Part shown: one piece after another, positions 9,605-20,600 of the stretch
Layout of the letters: each line of letters opens with the position of its first letter
How positions within the stretch are numbered: the first letter of the stretch is position 1
Made by a program: the position numbers and the translations under genes
NCBI GenBank assembly: GCA_029550865.1
Contig: JAKPGM010000075.1
Span: 952-64,951 of the forward strand
Reading direction: 5' to 3'
DNA length: 64,000 nucleotides
Origin: Bacteroidota bacterium
GTDB lineage: Bacteria; Bacteroidota; Bacteroidia; Bacteroidales; DTGW01
Notes under the pieces: model-generated
The model's database searches: none
Told to the model about the DNA's origin: nothing
What the model saw: only the letters and a program-made list of their open reading frames with translations

Positions 9605-12079
9605 TTAGTACATCATTTCGGGATTCATATCGTCCGAGGGTTCGTTGTTGTTATTTTTACGGGCTTGGTTGCGGTTATTGTTATTCTGACCGAATTTATA
9701 GGTTAACCCAACGGCAATGGCCTGTGAGTCGAATTGACGGTAAAGTTCGCCAATTTGCTGATCGCTACTCATTCTCATGCCGAAGTGCATGGTGCGAAAT
9801 ACATCGTTAAAGGCGAGCGTTCCTGTGAGTTTTCCCTTAAAAAAGTCTTTTCGAACCCCCATGTTAATGGCATAAAAGGGATCGGATTCACCTTGAGGGG
9901 TGATGAAAGGTGAACGATAGAAGGCCGAAAGCTGGATGGCCAGCCCTCCTGGTAGCATGGTGTTCGACATAATTTTTCCGTTATAACCCAGTTTCTGTTT
10001 TACCGCATTATTCAGATTGGAGGAGTTCAACTCCATCTGGTATACCGATATTCCGGCGTTGATGAACCAAAAGCGCAGCGGCTGGTAGGTAATGGATAGT
10101 TCAGATCCCCAGGAAGAGGATTTCTGGGAATTTTGGAACGATATTACGCTTATTTGCCTGATGGTGTCGACGGTCACCAATCGGCTAAACATGTTGTCGG
10201 TGTATCGATAAAACAGGGTGGGTTGCCAGTTCCATTTACCTATTTTGTAGTTATATCCTATTTCAAATGAGTTGATGTATTCGGGATGTAAGTGTGGGTT
10301 ACCGATACGGAGATTCTTGGGATCGGTATAATCAGGGAAGGGGTTAATCATCATGGATCGTGGACGGTTTACCCTGCGTGTGTAATTAAGGGTAAGCTCA
10401 TTGTTTTCGTTAAACTTGTATGAGGTGTGAATGGTGGGAAACAAGCCAGGGAAGGTATTGGTATACGAAGGTTGATTACGTAAATGAAAGTTATTAACGA
10501 AATGCTCGTAACGTAACCCCACCATGACTCCTATTTTTTCGCCCATATATGAGAGGGTTGAATAGCCAGCATAGTTGTTTTCATCATAGTAAAAGGCTGA
10601 AGTGCGTGTAGTGTCTATGGTATAGATTTGATTATTAAAATCATATAGCCAGCCGTCGAGGATATTTTCTGTTTGGAGCAGCATGACTTTTATACCCGCT
10701 TCAAGTTTAAATTTATCGTTGATAGGCCAGGTATAGTCACTCTGAATGGTATGGCGTTTGTTTTTCGAGGAGTTCGCCTCCTTTTCATTACCAAAAATCG
10801 AATCATTCAGAAAATATTGGTTGAGGTACAAATTGTTTTCGTCCTCATTTTCGGAATTGTAGCTGTAATCGAAGCGCCATTCATGGCCGTTGGTGTCAAA
10901 TTTTTTCAGCATGTAAGCTGTGTACTCGCTACGAAACATATTCTCTTTTTCGTCGGAGGTTCTGAGCCATAGATTCTGGTACGATTGCACAATGTCGGTG
11001 TAGTTGACCTTTTCATCATTGAGCCTATCCCCCCAGTTAAGATTTGTACCGACCCCTGCAGAGAAGAGACGGGAAAAGCTATAGTCTACACTCAAACGAG
11101 CCATTTGTGACTGCATGTGCCGTTTTTCAACGTTATCGGTATTATGAATGGAGTTGTCAAAAAGATAGGTGCGTTTACTCCAGCCATCTGAGTTTCTTTT
11201 ATCGTCGCGCAGGCTGAACGAACCATTTAGCGTTAATTTGCCAGGATTATACGTCAAATTTGCAGTGGCGTTATATTGCTCATTGGTGGTAGCATTTACA
11301 GCAACCGAACCATTGGTGCCAGTATTCGAACCTTCCTTAAGCACGATATTGATAATACCACCAGTACCCTCCGGGTCATACTTGGCTGAGGGATTGGTGA
11401 TAACTTCAATCTTTTCTATAGTGCTGGCTGGAAGTTGTTGTAACAATACTGTCTTGTCAATCATTGAAGGTTTACCGTTGATTAGGATATTTACATTCTC
11501 TGATCCACGTAGTGAAACATTACCTTCGGCATCAACCTGTACTGAGGGTACCTGTTGCAGTACATCTGTAGCATTACCCGACTGCGCAAGTACGTTTTTA
11601 TCGACGTAAAATACCTTTCGGTCTATTTTACTTTCAATCATCGGTCGTTCGCCTTTAACAACTACCTCGCCAATCTCTTCGGCAGTGGAGTGTAAAGAAA
11701 TAGTACCTAAATGTACTGGTTGGCCTGGAGTAACTCGCAGCGAATCGACAAAGTAATTTTTGTACCCAACAAAGCTTATTTTAACTACATAACGTCCCGG
11801 TGGAATATTCTGTACAGCAAAACTTCCATCGCTATTGGTACTACCCACCCCCACCGCACTGGAGTCGCGTATACGTAGTACGGCTATTGTAGCGTATTCA
11901 ATGGGCTCGTTGCTTGTAGCATCGACTACCTTACCTACTATAATACCCCTTTCACCGGCAGGAATGTTTGGCCTTTGCCCACTTGCGTTCAAAAAAACAG
12001 CCATTGTTACTATTAGTCCAAAAGCTTTTAACATTAATCGATTCGATAGCATATCATTCTTCATCAAATGTTTATACAT
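9605..12079 (-). CDS. TonB-dependent outer-membrane receptor with CarboxypepD_reg-like N-terminal domain
   Basis: Signal peptide, then GIIVGKVVDATSNEPIEYATIAV...DGSFAVQNIPPGRYVVKISFVGY. Plug motifs (VEVITNPSAKYDPEGTGGIINIV) and a C-terminal beta-barrel ending in aromatic residues. The ORF-track N-terminal extension (12080-12295) is AT-rich and probably untranslated. Confidence 0.85.
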   Translation of the reverse strand: MYKHLMKNDMLSNRLMLKAFGLIVTMAVFLNASGQRPNIPAGERGIIVGKVVDATSNEPIEYATIAVLRIRDSSAVGVGSTNSDGSFAVQNIPPGRYVVKISFVGYKNYFVDSLRVTPGQPVHLGTISLHSTAEEIGEVVVKGERPMIESKIDRKVFYVDKNVLAQSGNATDVLQQVPSVQVDAEGNVSLRGSENVNILINGKPSMIDKTVLLQQLPASTIEKIEVITNPSAKYDPEGTGGIINIVLKEGSNTGTNGSVAVNATTNEQYNATANLTYNPGKLTLNGSFSLRDDKRNSDGWSKRTYLFDNSIHNTDNVEKRHMQSQMARLSVDYSFSRLFSAGVGTNLNWGDRLNDEKVNYTDIVQSYQNLWLRTSDEKENMFRSEYTAYMLKKFDTNGHEWRFDYSYNSENEDENNLYLNQYFLNDSIFGNEKEANSSKNKRHTIQSDYTWPINDKFKLEAGIKVMLLQTENILDGWLYDFNNQIYTIDTTRTSAFYYDENNYAGYSTLSYMGEKIGVMVGLRYEHFVNNFHLRNQPSYTNTFPGLFPTIHTSYKFNENNELTLNYTRRVNRPRSMMINPFPDYTDPKNLRIGNPHLHPEYINSFEIGYNYKIGKWNWQPTLFYRYTDNMFSRLVTVDTIRQISVISFQNSQKSSSWGSELSITYQPLRFWFINAGISVYQMELNSSNLNNAVKQKLGYNGKIMSNTMLPGGLAIQLSAFYRSPFITPQGESDPFYAINMGVRKDFFKGKLTGTLAFNDVFRTMHFGMRMSSDQQIGELYRQFDSQAIAVGLTYKFGQNNNNRNQARKNNNNEPSDDMNPEMMY

Positions 12080-12377
12080 AATTTCTCTCCACAAAAAAAA
12101 TTTCTGGATCATATGGTTCAAATTTTCGTTTGAATGTTTAACATTATTATGACACAAAATGTGTGAAAATCTTTTTGAGGGTTTTATGATTTCGTGGGAT
12201 AAAAACTCTTGAACATGCCGAATATCAAAGGAGAACATCATATTGTTAAAAAAAATATAAAAAATCACAGCTTCTTCAATGGCGCCTAAAATCATGTAAT
12301 GGTATGTATTTATAGTTTTGAACCATTGTTGTTTTGTTGAAATTTCGATTACTTTACCGAAAATTCTAAAAAAAAGC

Positions 12378-12385
12378 TAAGTTTG
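12378..12385 (+). promoter_or_regulatory. candidate -7 promoter element TAAGTTTG
   Basis: 25 nt upstream of ATG 12411. Confidence 0.4.
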
Positions 12386-12410
12386 TTCAACTTTTTGAAA
12401 TCATACCCAT

Positions 12411-13421
12411 ATGCTGGACATACAACGTTGTATTGTAACTTTTCTTGAGCAACAGCATGAGCTCTCCTTACCAGGCATAGGGCTTATTCGTTATACCTAT
12501 CAACCTGCAGAGGTATTACGATATACGCGGCGAATATTACCACCACGCTATAAAATTGAGTTTTTCCCTGATGTTGACAAATCTGCTGACGATTTTGTAC
12601 AGTTTTTATCAAAAACGTTTCAGATTGCTCAATCGGAGGCTCAGGAAAGTTTTGCGAATTTCCTGTCAAAGTGCAAGGAAGAACTTGCCGCACATCAGTC
12701 TTTTTATCTCAGCCAATTGGGTACATTTCGGTATGTCGATAATAAAATAGTGTTTGAAGAAGATAAAGAAAGTCGTTTATTGTCATATAATCTTGGAAAT
12801 AAGGATGTTCAACTGCCTCCGCCACCGACGCAGTTTATTTCGGAAGAGTCTAAAAAACCAGTTTCGTCCGTTACCGTCGGTTCTCAGCCAAAGGTAAAAC
12901 GTCAACGTGCCATTCCTTTGTTTGTCAAAATAGGTTTATCCCTTGCTGGTGTAATCCTTATCGTATTTTTTCTGCTTGCTCAAACCAATCTTTCTGAAAA
13001 TATTGATTGGGCAAAGATAAGGGGGACAGTTGAAGGATGGATTTCTGCTTTGCCATGGACAAGTCGTACAAATCCCAGTATAGAGGAATTACGACGAGAA
13101 AACCGTGAGGCGCTTGCTATTCCAGCGAAATCGGCCGATACTGTTGTGTCAGTCCCTACCGATACTACATCGAAAGTTCCTTCCAGACAACTTGTTTACT
13201 ATATTATTGCAGGAAGTTATAAAAATAGGGCTAATGCTGAGCACGGTCTGGCAAGTCTGCGACAATTGGGCTTTAATCCAAAGGTGTTAAATTTTAACGA
13301 TACGTTATTTCGTGTGTCTCTGGCTTCATTTGTCGATCGACAGAAAGCGGTAAACGAATACATTCAAATAACTCAGCAACATCCTGAATTAAAGATATGG
13401 TTTTACAGCCGGTATGAATAA
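12411..13421 (+). CDS. SPOR domain-containing protein (HU-like N-terminal domains, one TM helix)
   Basis: C-terminal SPOR pattern YYIIAGSYKNRANAEHGLASLRQLGFNPKVLNFNDTLFRVSLASF, with a central TM helix. Confidence 0.7.
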   Translation: MLDIQRCIVTFLEQQHELSLPGIGLIRYTYQPAEVLRYTRRILPPRYKIEFFPDVDKSADDFVQFLSKTFQIAQSEAQESFANFLSKCKEELAAHQSFYLSQLGTFRYVDNKIVFEEDKESRLLSYNLGNKDVQLPPPPTQFISEESKKPVSSVTVGSQPKVKRQRAIPLFVKIGLSLAGVILIVFFLLAQTNLSENIDWAKIRGTVEGWISALPWTSRTNPSIEELRRENREALAIPAKSADTVVSVPTDTTSKVPSRQLVYYIIAGSYKNRANAEHGLASLRQLGFNPKVLNFNDTLFRVSLASFVDRQKAVNEYIQITQQHPELKIWFYSRYE

Positions 13422-13422
13422 G

Positions 13423-14196
13423 TTATTGTCCGGCTTTGTTTTTGTTCTGATTGGTACGTTCTATTAGTTCACGGATAGCTTTATTAACAGCCGCTGTATC
13501 GGTGGGAGGGGTATCGCTATAGGCAATGCCCTCAAGCTCCCAGCCAGGTATTTCGCCATATCCGCCTTTCATCTCTGAACGAACCAGTAATACTATCAGT
13601 GCTCCCATGTTGGCTGCCTTTTTTTGTAGCCGAATCATGGCACTTTGTTTGGCTGCCTTAGGGCTGCGACTCCCCGATGATGCATTTGCCTTAATTACCC
13701 CGCGTTGATATAGCCCTGTTACATCAGCAGGGTTTTCGGTAATCATCACTGCCTGCCAATCGAGCTTATCAACCACCGAAAAAATAGGCTTATTGAAAAT
13801 ATCAACCTTTCCCGTCTTGTAGATTATTTTCTCAATATCTTTTCGTAAAATGTCAAGCTGAACGTTGGAATTGGGAAGGCTATATGTGACGGTTGTGGGA
13901 TTTACTTTTTTCACCTGGCAAATAATTCGCTTTCCCCCCAGTTTTATAATGGTATCCATTTTTTCACCCGCTGGCTTAGGTGTTTCTTTGGTTGACATGG
14001 CTTGCGTGGTAGGAGGGTGGCTGGTTTGGGTAGTCTGGTTTTTGGTAGCCTGTGTTTGGGTACTGCTTCGCTTATATGTTACGGTTGCTTCTTTTATCTC
14101 GTTTGTTTTGGTTTGACACAATAATTCCTTTGCAGGCACAGTAAATACTCCCAGACAAAGCACTAATGCAGTAATTCTCAGACCTATTGCATTCAT
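13423..14196 (-). CDS. hypothetical secreted protein (T/Q-rich linker)
   Basis: Signal peptide, low-complexity TQTQATKNQTTQTSHPPTTQ, no recognised domain. Its start overlaps the upstream ORF's stop by 4 nt. Confidence 0.45.
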   Translation of the reverse strand: MNAIGLRITALVLCLGVFTVPAKELLCQTKTNEIKEATVTYKRSSTQTQATKNQTTQTSHPPTTQAMSTKETPKPAGEKMDTIIKLGGKRIICQVKKVNPTTVTYSLPNSNVQLDILRKDIEKIIYKTGKVDIFNKPIFSVVDKLDWQAVMITENPADVTGLYQRGVIKANASSGSRSPKAAKQSAMIRLQKKAANMGALIVLLVRSEMKGGYGEIPGWELEGIAYSDTPPTDTAAVNKAIRELIERTNQNKNKAGQ

Positions 14197-14534
14197 TTAT
14201 TTGTTCCTTTACAGGCAAAGAAAAAACCAAGTGTACAGAATACAAAGAGTGTAGCAAGCGAGGCGTTAAAGCCATTCATCACTTGCATCGCTATGGTGTA
14301 TAACGATAAAAGGCATATAAGTAATCCTGGAAGCACCGTAAGGGTGGGTTTAGAAGAAAAACCTCCCAGGAAAATCAAAACTGACAGTAGTACAAAAATG
14401 GCTGCCACTATAAATTCTCGACTACGATATTCGAAGGCTATTACTTCTTCGCCAAAAGTAACCAGAACTAAGAACAAAAACGAAAGCCTTAGTAACCATA
14501 CCGATATACCAAGGGCACTTTTAATAGGTTTCAT
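14193..14534 (-). CDS. small integral membrane protein (about 4 TM helices)
   Basis: 113 aa, almost entirely hydrophobic helices. Translationally coupled (4-nt overlap) to the downstream ORF. Confidence 0.5.
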   Translation of the reverse strand: MKPIKSALGISVWLLRLSFLFLVLVTFGEEVIAFEYRSREFIVAAIFVLLSVLIFLGGFSSKPTLTVLPGLLICLLSLYTIAMQVMNGFNASLATLFVFCTLGFFFACKGTNK

Positions 14535-14602
14535 AGTTGTAATATTATGTTCATAACTGAACCCCGAAAAATTTAGTCAAACAAAAATATATTATTTGGC
14601 AA

Positions 14603-15733
14603 TTACCTGCCATTTTCAATAATTTTTTTTACCTCATCCAGGCTGTTTCCCTTGTAAAGTATGGTTTTGTTTTCATCCAGCAGGATGTAGTAGGGAATAG
14701 CCCTTACGCCAAAGATACTGGCGGCTTTATTTTTCCAGCCTCTTAAGTCCGATATGTGCTGCCAGTTCAGTTGAAACCTGACAATAGCCTCTGTCCAACG
14801 CCTATAGTTGTTATCTAACGATATTCCCACAATGGTTAAATATTTTTGGTGTTGACGATAGAGGTTAACAACCTCGGGGATTTCTGCTCTGCAGGCATCG
14901 CACCACGAAGCCCAGAAATGCAGTAGAATGTATCGGTTATGAATCGTTTCCAGGGCAATACTTGTGCCGGTTGTATCGGGAAGTACCAGATTATACGCCT
15001 TTTGTCCCACCCGGCTATGTTTCATAATATCAATCTGATGCTCGATATAGTCCATATATCGGCAATCGTATAACGTGGTGTCCATCTGCTTGTAGATTTG
15101 TTCAAATTCTTCTACCGACAGCTCGTTCGAAAGATATTTGTATAGAATATACAGCGACACCACCGACTGACGATGATCAAGAACAAACTTTTTAATGTAT
15201 TCGACTTGTTGTTGGCCAAGACTATCGAGACGATTTTTTAAGGCAATTTTATCGCCATTACTCAATTTAGTATTGCTTTTTAGGGTTTTCAGCAAAGGCT
15301 CTGCGACTTGATTGATGCTATCGATATGGTTAACAAATGTCTGATATAGTTGGTGACTCGTTGAACCACTTACCTTTGCCGCATGAAAATTGCGTAAGGA
15401 TGTATTGATAACGATACGTTTGTTTTCTAAAAAGACCGGGAAATAGTTGTCGCTATTGGCAAGATAAAATCGGAATAGCTCGGGGTGGTTTAATTTTCCA
15501 CTGTACTTAAATTCGCCATTTCGAACCCAAACAGAGTCAATAAGCTGAAAACCCTCCCCATCAAATTTCTTGACAAGCAGAAGTTGGTTTGCAGCCCCTT
15601 CAACGAATCCATCGATGTGAAACTTTTCGGGTGCATTTCTTTGGCACGATACAAATGACAAAAGGGATAGCGTAAACAATGTTTTGAGTAGTAACAAATT
15701 TTTATGTATCAGGAATGATAAACCATAAGACAT
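14603..15733 (-). CDS. TlpA-family thiol:disulfide oxidoreductase with DUF4369-like N-terminal domain
   Basis: Thioredoxin motif LLHFWASWCDACRAEIP. Lipobox-like LLSFVSC after ATG 15733. The longer ORF-track start (15862) runs toward the tRNA-Ser gene and is unlikely. Confidence 0.8.
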   Translation of the reverse strand: MSYGLSFLIHKNLLLLKTLFTLSLLSFVSCQRNAPEKFHIDGFVEGAANQLLLVKKFDGEGFQLIDSVWVRNGEFKYSGKLNHPELFRFYLANSDNYFPVFLENKRIVINTSLRNFHAAKVSGSTSHQLYQTFVNHIDSINQVAEPLLKTLKSNTKLSNGDKIALKNRLDSLGQQQVEYIKKFVLDHRQSVVSLYILYKYLSNELSVEEFEQIYKQMDTTLYDCRYMDYIEHQIDIMKHSRVGQKAYNLVLPDTTGTSIALETIHNRYILLHFWASWCDACRAEIPEVVNLYRQHQKYLTIVGISLDNNYRRWTEAIVRFQLNWQHISDLRGWKNKAASIFGVRAIPYYILLDENKTILYKGNSLDEVKKIIENGR

Positions 15734-15938
15734 GTCGGGTAGCTTTAAATAGGAACGCCAGTGGTACTTTTGGCGAGATTTTATCGGGTAACTCATAGCA
15801 ACATTGTTATGTGATAATGACAAACATCTGATATCTGCTCGTAAGCTTATGTTTGCCGCCAAATATACAATTAAACGGGGAGTTTTGTGCGATTATTTTG
15901 CAGGGTTAAAATATAATATTAATTTTGCAGCAAAATCA

Positions 15939-16027
15939 GGAGAGCTGCCAGAGTGGTCGAATGGGGCAGACTCGAAATCTGTTGACCTGCTTATGTGGGT
16001 CCGGGGGTTCGAATCCCTCGCTCTCCG
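15939..16027 (+). tRNA. tRNA-Ser (anticodon CGA), long variable arm
   Basis: Acceptor GGAGAGC/GCTCTCC, anticodon loop CTCGAAA, long extra arm, T-loop GGTTCGAATCC. Confidence 0.9.
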
Positions 16028-16058
16028 CAAAAGTTAAAGAGGGATAAGATAAAAAGGT

Positions 16059-16090
16059 ACGCTAGATGCAATCTAGCGTTTTTATTTTTA
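16059..16090 (+). terminator. rho-independent terminator after tRNA-Ser
   Basis: 9-bp stem ACGCTAGAT/ATCTAGCGT, 3-nt loop, followed by TTTTTATTTTT. Confidence 0.7.
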
Positions 16091-16474
16091 GGATAGCGAG
16101 TTTTCGAAAATCTTTTTTAGTGCCTGTGTGTTAATGTCTTCTTTAATGATATAGTTACGGGCACCAGCCTCAAGCATTTGCATTACATATTGCATTTCCT
16201 TATGGAAGGAGAGCGCAATAATGACAATAAATCTGTTTTGTTCGGTAGCCAGACGCGTTGCTTCTATCCCATTCATGTCGGGCATTTCAATGTCCATAAA
16301 TACCATATCAATATGGTGTTGTCGAATGAGATCGAGTGCTTCTTTACCACTACCAGCTTCAAAAATTGTTTCTATCCCATCGGGGTTTGATTCTTCAAGC
16401 ATATATCGCAATGCCTCACGAAAATGTTGATTATCATCAACAAGTAGTATATTATATTTTTTTAGCGGAAGCAT
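16088..16474 (-). CDS. stand-alone response-regulator receiver protein (CheY-like)
   Basis: 128 aa. LLVDDN, phospho-acceptor context DMVFMDIEMPDMNG, and a conserved downstream Lys region. Confidence 0.85.
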   Translation of the reverse strand: MLPLKKYNILLVDDNQHFREALRYMLEESNPDGIETIFEAGSGKEALDLIRQHHIDMVFMDIEMPDMNGIEATRLATEQNRFIVIIALSFHKEMQYVMQMLEAGARNYIIKEDINTQALKKIFENSLS

Positions 16475-16559
16475 AGGTGGAATGTTTTGTCAATCAAATA
16501 TCGTTGATATTATCCGAAAAAAAATGAGGAAAATCACCCAATTTTTGTTTTCCTGAATA

Positions 16560-17204
16560 TTATTCCAGATGTACTAAATTGTTTTTGATGGCGTATATGG
16601 CCAGGCTAATAGAATTAGACGAATTGGTTTTTTCGAGCAAACTGGCACGATGTCGTTCTACCGTTCGGTGGCTGATGTGTAATGCTTCGGATATCTGCAT
16701 GGTTGAATATCCTCTACAAATATATTCGAGCACTTCCCTTTCTCTTCGTGACAGCTTGATGGCTGGTGTGGCATTTTTGTCACGAATAAGCTTAAGTAAC
16801 AATTCCTGGGAAAAATAACTTTTGCCATTGAGTACTGTTTTGATGGCATCTTTTAGTTCGTTGGCATCACAATCTTTAAGAATGAACCCTTTTACCCCAA
16901 TGTCGATCATCGAATTGTAATACGCATCATCACCAAACATCGATAAAACCAGTATTTTTAAATGGGGGTATCTCTCAAGGGCTATCTTCGAAGCTTCTAC
17001 ACCGTTCATCCCTGGCATACTAATGTCCATAAGAACTATGTCCGGAACAATATAGTTGAGTAGGTCAAGGAATTCTTTACCATCTGAGGCCTCGCCAACG
17101 ACCTCAATGTCCCCGCTTTCCTGTAGTATAAACTTTAAACCATCGCGGAAAAGTTTATGGTCGTCAACGATAAATATCTGGGTTTTTTTATTGGGGGTCG
17201 TCAT
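16560..17204 (-). CDS. NarL/FixJ (LuxR-type HTH) response regulator
   Basis: Receiver IFIVDDH...DIVLMDISMPGMNG plus C-terminal LuxR HTH LSRREREVLEYICRGYSTMQISEALHISHRTVERHR. Confidence 0.9.
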   Translation of the reverse strand: MTTPNKKTQIFIVDDHKLFRDGLKFILQESGDIEVVGEASDGKEFLDLLNYIVPDIVLMDISMPGMNGVEASKIALERYPHLKILVLSMFGDDAYYNSMIDIGVKGFILKDCDANELKDAIKTVLNGKSYFSQELLLKLIRDKNATPAIKLSRREREVLEYICRGYSTMQISEALHISHRTVERHRASLLEKTNSSNSISLAIYAIKNNLVHLE

Positions 17205-17400
17205 AGGAATATTTTTGTTATCGCATTCGAATTATTTTCAATTATTATTTGCCTATATAACTATTGAACAAACAGCTTTTTTGTCCGATGGCATGCTTGC
17301 TTGATTCAAAAATAATAAAATTCACCCAACAATGCAACCCTGATCAATTATTTGATAATATAGAAAAGATAGAGTGGATTGGTGCAATTCGAGGAGGTTG

Positions 17401-17474
17401 TGGAGGATAAGGGAATCGAACCCTTGACCTTTTGCATGCCATGCAAACGCTCTAGCCAACTGAGCTAATCCCCC
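17401..17474 (-). tRNA. tRNA-Ala (anticodon GGC)
   Basis: The reverse complement folds as GGGGGAT/ATCCTCC with the G3:U70 alanine identity pair, anticodon loop ATGGCAT and T-loop GGTTCGATTCC. Confidence 0.88.
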
Positions 17475-17672
17475 GACTTGTGCGCTGCAAAGGTAGAAAA
17501 AAGAATATTTTTTGCAAAAGAAATATTCAAATTTATTCGATTGTACTTTTTGTATAATCCCAAAAATGCAGTTGGAAAGTGCTACTCAGAAATAATCAGG
17601 ATAATGTTGTTCCGGGCGAAATTTTAAAAAAAATGTTGTTATTTTGACAATTAATTTTATCTCCCTTGGATT

Positions 17673-20600
17673 ATGGTAAAGCTGGGTAAATATGTACATA
17701 TTTTCCGTTCCCTTTTAATGGTCTTCATTGCCTTTGGATGGATAAGTCAAGCAGTGCTGTCTCAGCCATTAGACAGGGTAATTTTTGAGCATTCCGCCTT
17801 AACAGCCAGTGCTTCAGTAACTTCAATCAATACTATTGTACAGGATAGAGCGGGTTTTATCTGGCTCGGTACTCACGATGGGCTTTTTCGTTTCGATGGC
17901 TATGACTTTAAGATTTTCAAAAATGTGCCAAATAATCCAAATAGTCTTTCAAACAATCAGATATTATCACTGGCCATTGATAATAAGGGTCGCCTATGGA
18001 TTGCTACGTTGGGAGGAGGTATAAATATTTATTTGCCTGAATCGGAGAAAATTATTCATGCTCAGAATAGTCCTCAGATATTCCAGCGCATACGCAGCAA
18101 TGAAATTTGGTGTTTGTATCTCGATAAGGATAATCAAATGTGGATAGGTACCTCCGATGGATTGTATCGGGCTGAGGTGAGTGAAAAAGAGGGCGAAATA
18201 GTTAAAATACAATTTAAAGAATACAATAATTTTAGTACTTCTGTTCCCAACCAGCGATTTTGGGTACGTTGCCTGTTCCAGGACGAACGACAGGTTTTTT
18301 ATGTTGGTACGCTTTCCGGACTATATCAACTCGATCTATCGCGCAACCTTCTAAGCCCTGTGAGCATTCCCATCGTGAGCTACAAAATGGTGACGACTAT
18401 TTGCATGGGTAAGAAAGATGATATATGGCTGGGTACCATTGAGGATGGGGTTTACCATGTTAACTTTGATAAAAGTGGGAATGTTATTGGAGTAGAAGAA
18501 ATGGCTTCTCCAAACAGCAAAATATATATGCCCCTTAAACGCATCGAAAAAATGATTGTTGATAGATTTGGAAATTTGTGGATTGCTTCGCGTCAGGGGC
18601 TTGGACGCATTAATTTACTGTCTGGTCAGCATACCATTTATTTTGCAGATGTCAACGATCGTACCAGTTTGAGTGACAACCGTTTGAGTTCGGTGTACGA
18701 GGACCGCAATGGGGTGGTATGGATAGGTACCGAAAATAGTGGTGTCAATAGAGTCGACCTGTATCAAAAGCAGTTTATTACAATACGAAAAACGCCTAAG
18801 CAACAGTATTCGCTCAGTGATAATTATGTTACAGCACTGATGGGGCGTAACGATCAGCGCATCTGGGTAGCTACCGATGGGGGTGGTATCGATCGAGTGA
18901 TGTTTAAGGACGGAACTTATATGGTTGAAAAACCCGCCTGGAATAATCAATTGCTAAATAAGAATATTCTTAGCATATACGAAGGTGAGGGAGGAACCCT
19001 GTGGTTTGGCTCAACCCGCAATGCCTTTGGTAGAGTTAATCTTAATACTGGCCAGGTAAGCTATAATTATATTTTTGGATACGTATTTTCCATTTTGGAG
19101 GATAGCAATGGGATGGTATGGCTGGGTACCTGGGGCAGTGGTCTGTATCGTTACGACAAAAAAAATGGACGACTCGACAATTTTAGAAAAAATTACAAGG
19201 ATTCCACCTCTTTGAGCAGTGATATTGTAATTGCGCTATACGAGGACCGTAATGCCCAGCTATGGATTGGCACCAAAGGAGGGGGGGTGTGCAGAATTAT
19301 GAATGATGCCAATGAAGATAACTTACAGTTTGAGGCCTATACCAATAGGTATAATGATACCACAAGTCTTTCGCATAATGATGTTTATTGTATTTTGCAA
19401 AGTTCAAAAGGTGACCTCTGGTTGGGTACAGGCGGTGGCCTTAATAAAATGATTGTTAAGCATACACCCGAAGGTACGCGCGTGCTCTTTAAAGCTTACA
19501 TGGAAAAAGATGGATTACCCAATAATACCGTCTACGGAATTCTTGAAGACAAAGAGGGTAACTTCTGGATGAGTACCAATAAAGGTATTTCTCGTTTTAA
19601 TCCTACACAGTCTGTTTTTACCAATTTCGATATTCACGACGGTATTCAATCGAACAAGTTTCATCTTAATGCTTATATGCAGGACAATAAGGGTAGAATA
19701 TATTTTGGTGGCAGTGGCGGGGTTACAGTTTTCGACCCTAATGCTATCCAGTACAATCCCTTTGTTCCTGAGGTAATTTTTACGGCTTTAAAAATTCAAG
19801 GCAACGAGGTTAATGTTGATCAAAAAATCAATGGTAGGGTGGTACTCTCGCAAGCAATCAATTATACAAAAGAGCTTGTCATTACTTACAAGGATAAAGA
19901 ATTTACCCTGGAGTTTTCGTCAACGCACTATGCTATTCCCGAGAAAAACAAATTCCGCTATCGTCTGGTGGGTTTCAATGACAAATGGCAGGAAATACCC
20001 AGCAAATATCGGTCGATTACCTATACAAACCTCAGTCAGGGCGATTATGTATTGCAAATAATGGCCTCGAACAATGATGGTGTTTGGCCCGATAAACCGC
20101 GAGAGCTGAAAATTAAAGTTCTGCCACCTCCCTGGCTTACAATATGGGCATTCCTTATTTATGCCGTATTGTTTGCGTTGGCTGTTGTACTGTTTAAAAA
20201 ATATACCCTCATTAAAGTCACCCGTAAACATCAACTCGTTATCGATAGCCTCGAAAAAAGTAAGATAGAGGAACTATCGAAAATGAAAATTCAATTTTTT
20301 ACAAATATCTCTCACGAGCTACGTACTCCTTTAACCCTTATCAGTAACCCACTTCAGGATTTGCTCGCCAGTAAAAAAATAGATGCCACTGTTAAGAAAG
20401 AACTCTCGGTAATTCAACGCAATGTCGATCGACTACTTCAACTGGTAAATCAGTTGCTCGATTTCCGAAAAATTGACAGTGGCGAGTTGAAGTTGAAAAT
20501 AACCCAGACCAACCTGGTGGAATTGCTTGGCGAAATTTGTAATTCGTTCGAACAATACGCTACTTCAAGGAATATCAACCTACAATATTTGCACAAGGAT

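Noticed and set aside
12080-12295. A 72-codon N-terminal extension of the TonB-dependent receptor ORF. Similar upstream extensions occur for the TlpA gene (15734-15862), the sirC-like gene (48588-48644) and the 8560-9228 ORF.
   Set aside because: The extensions are AT-rich and precede a clear signal peptide, lipobox or Rossmann start at an internal ATG. Mature-protein logic favours the internal starts.
15804-16037. A 77-aa plus-strand ORF.
   Set aside because: It overlaps the well-folded tRNA-Ser gene (15939-16027), so it is a translation artefact of the tRNA sequence.
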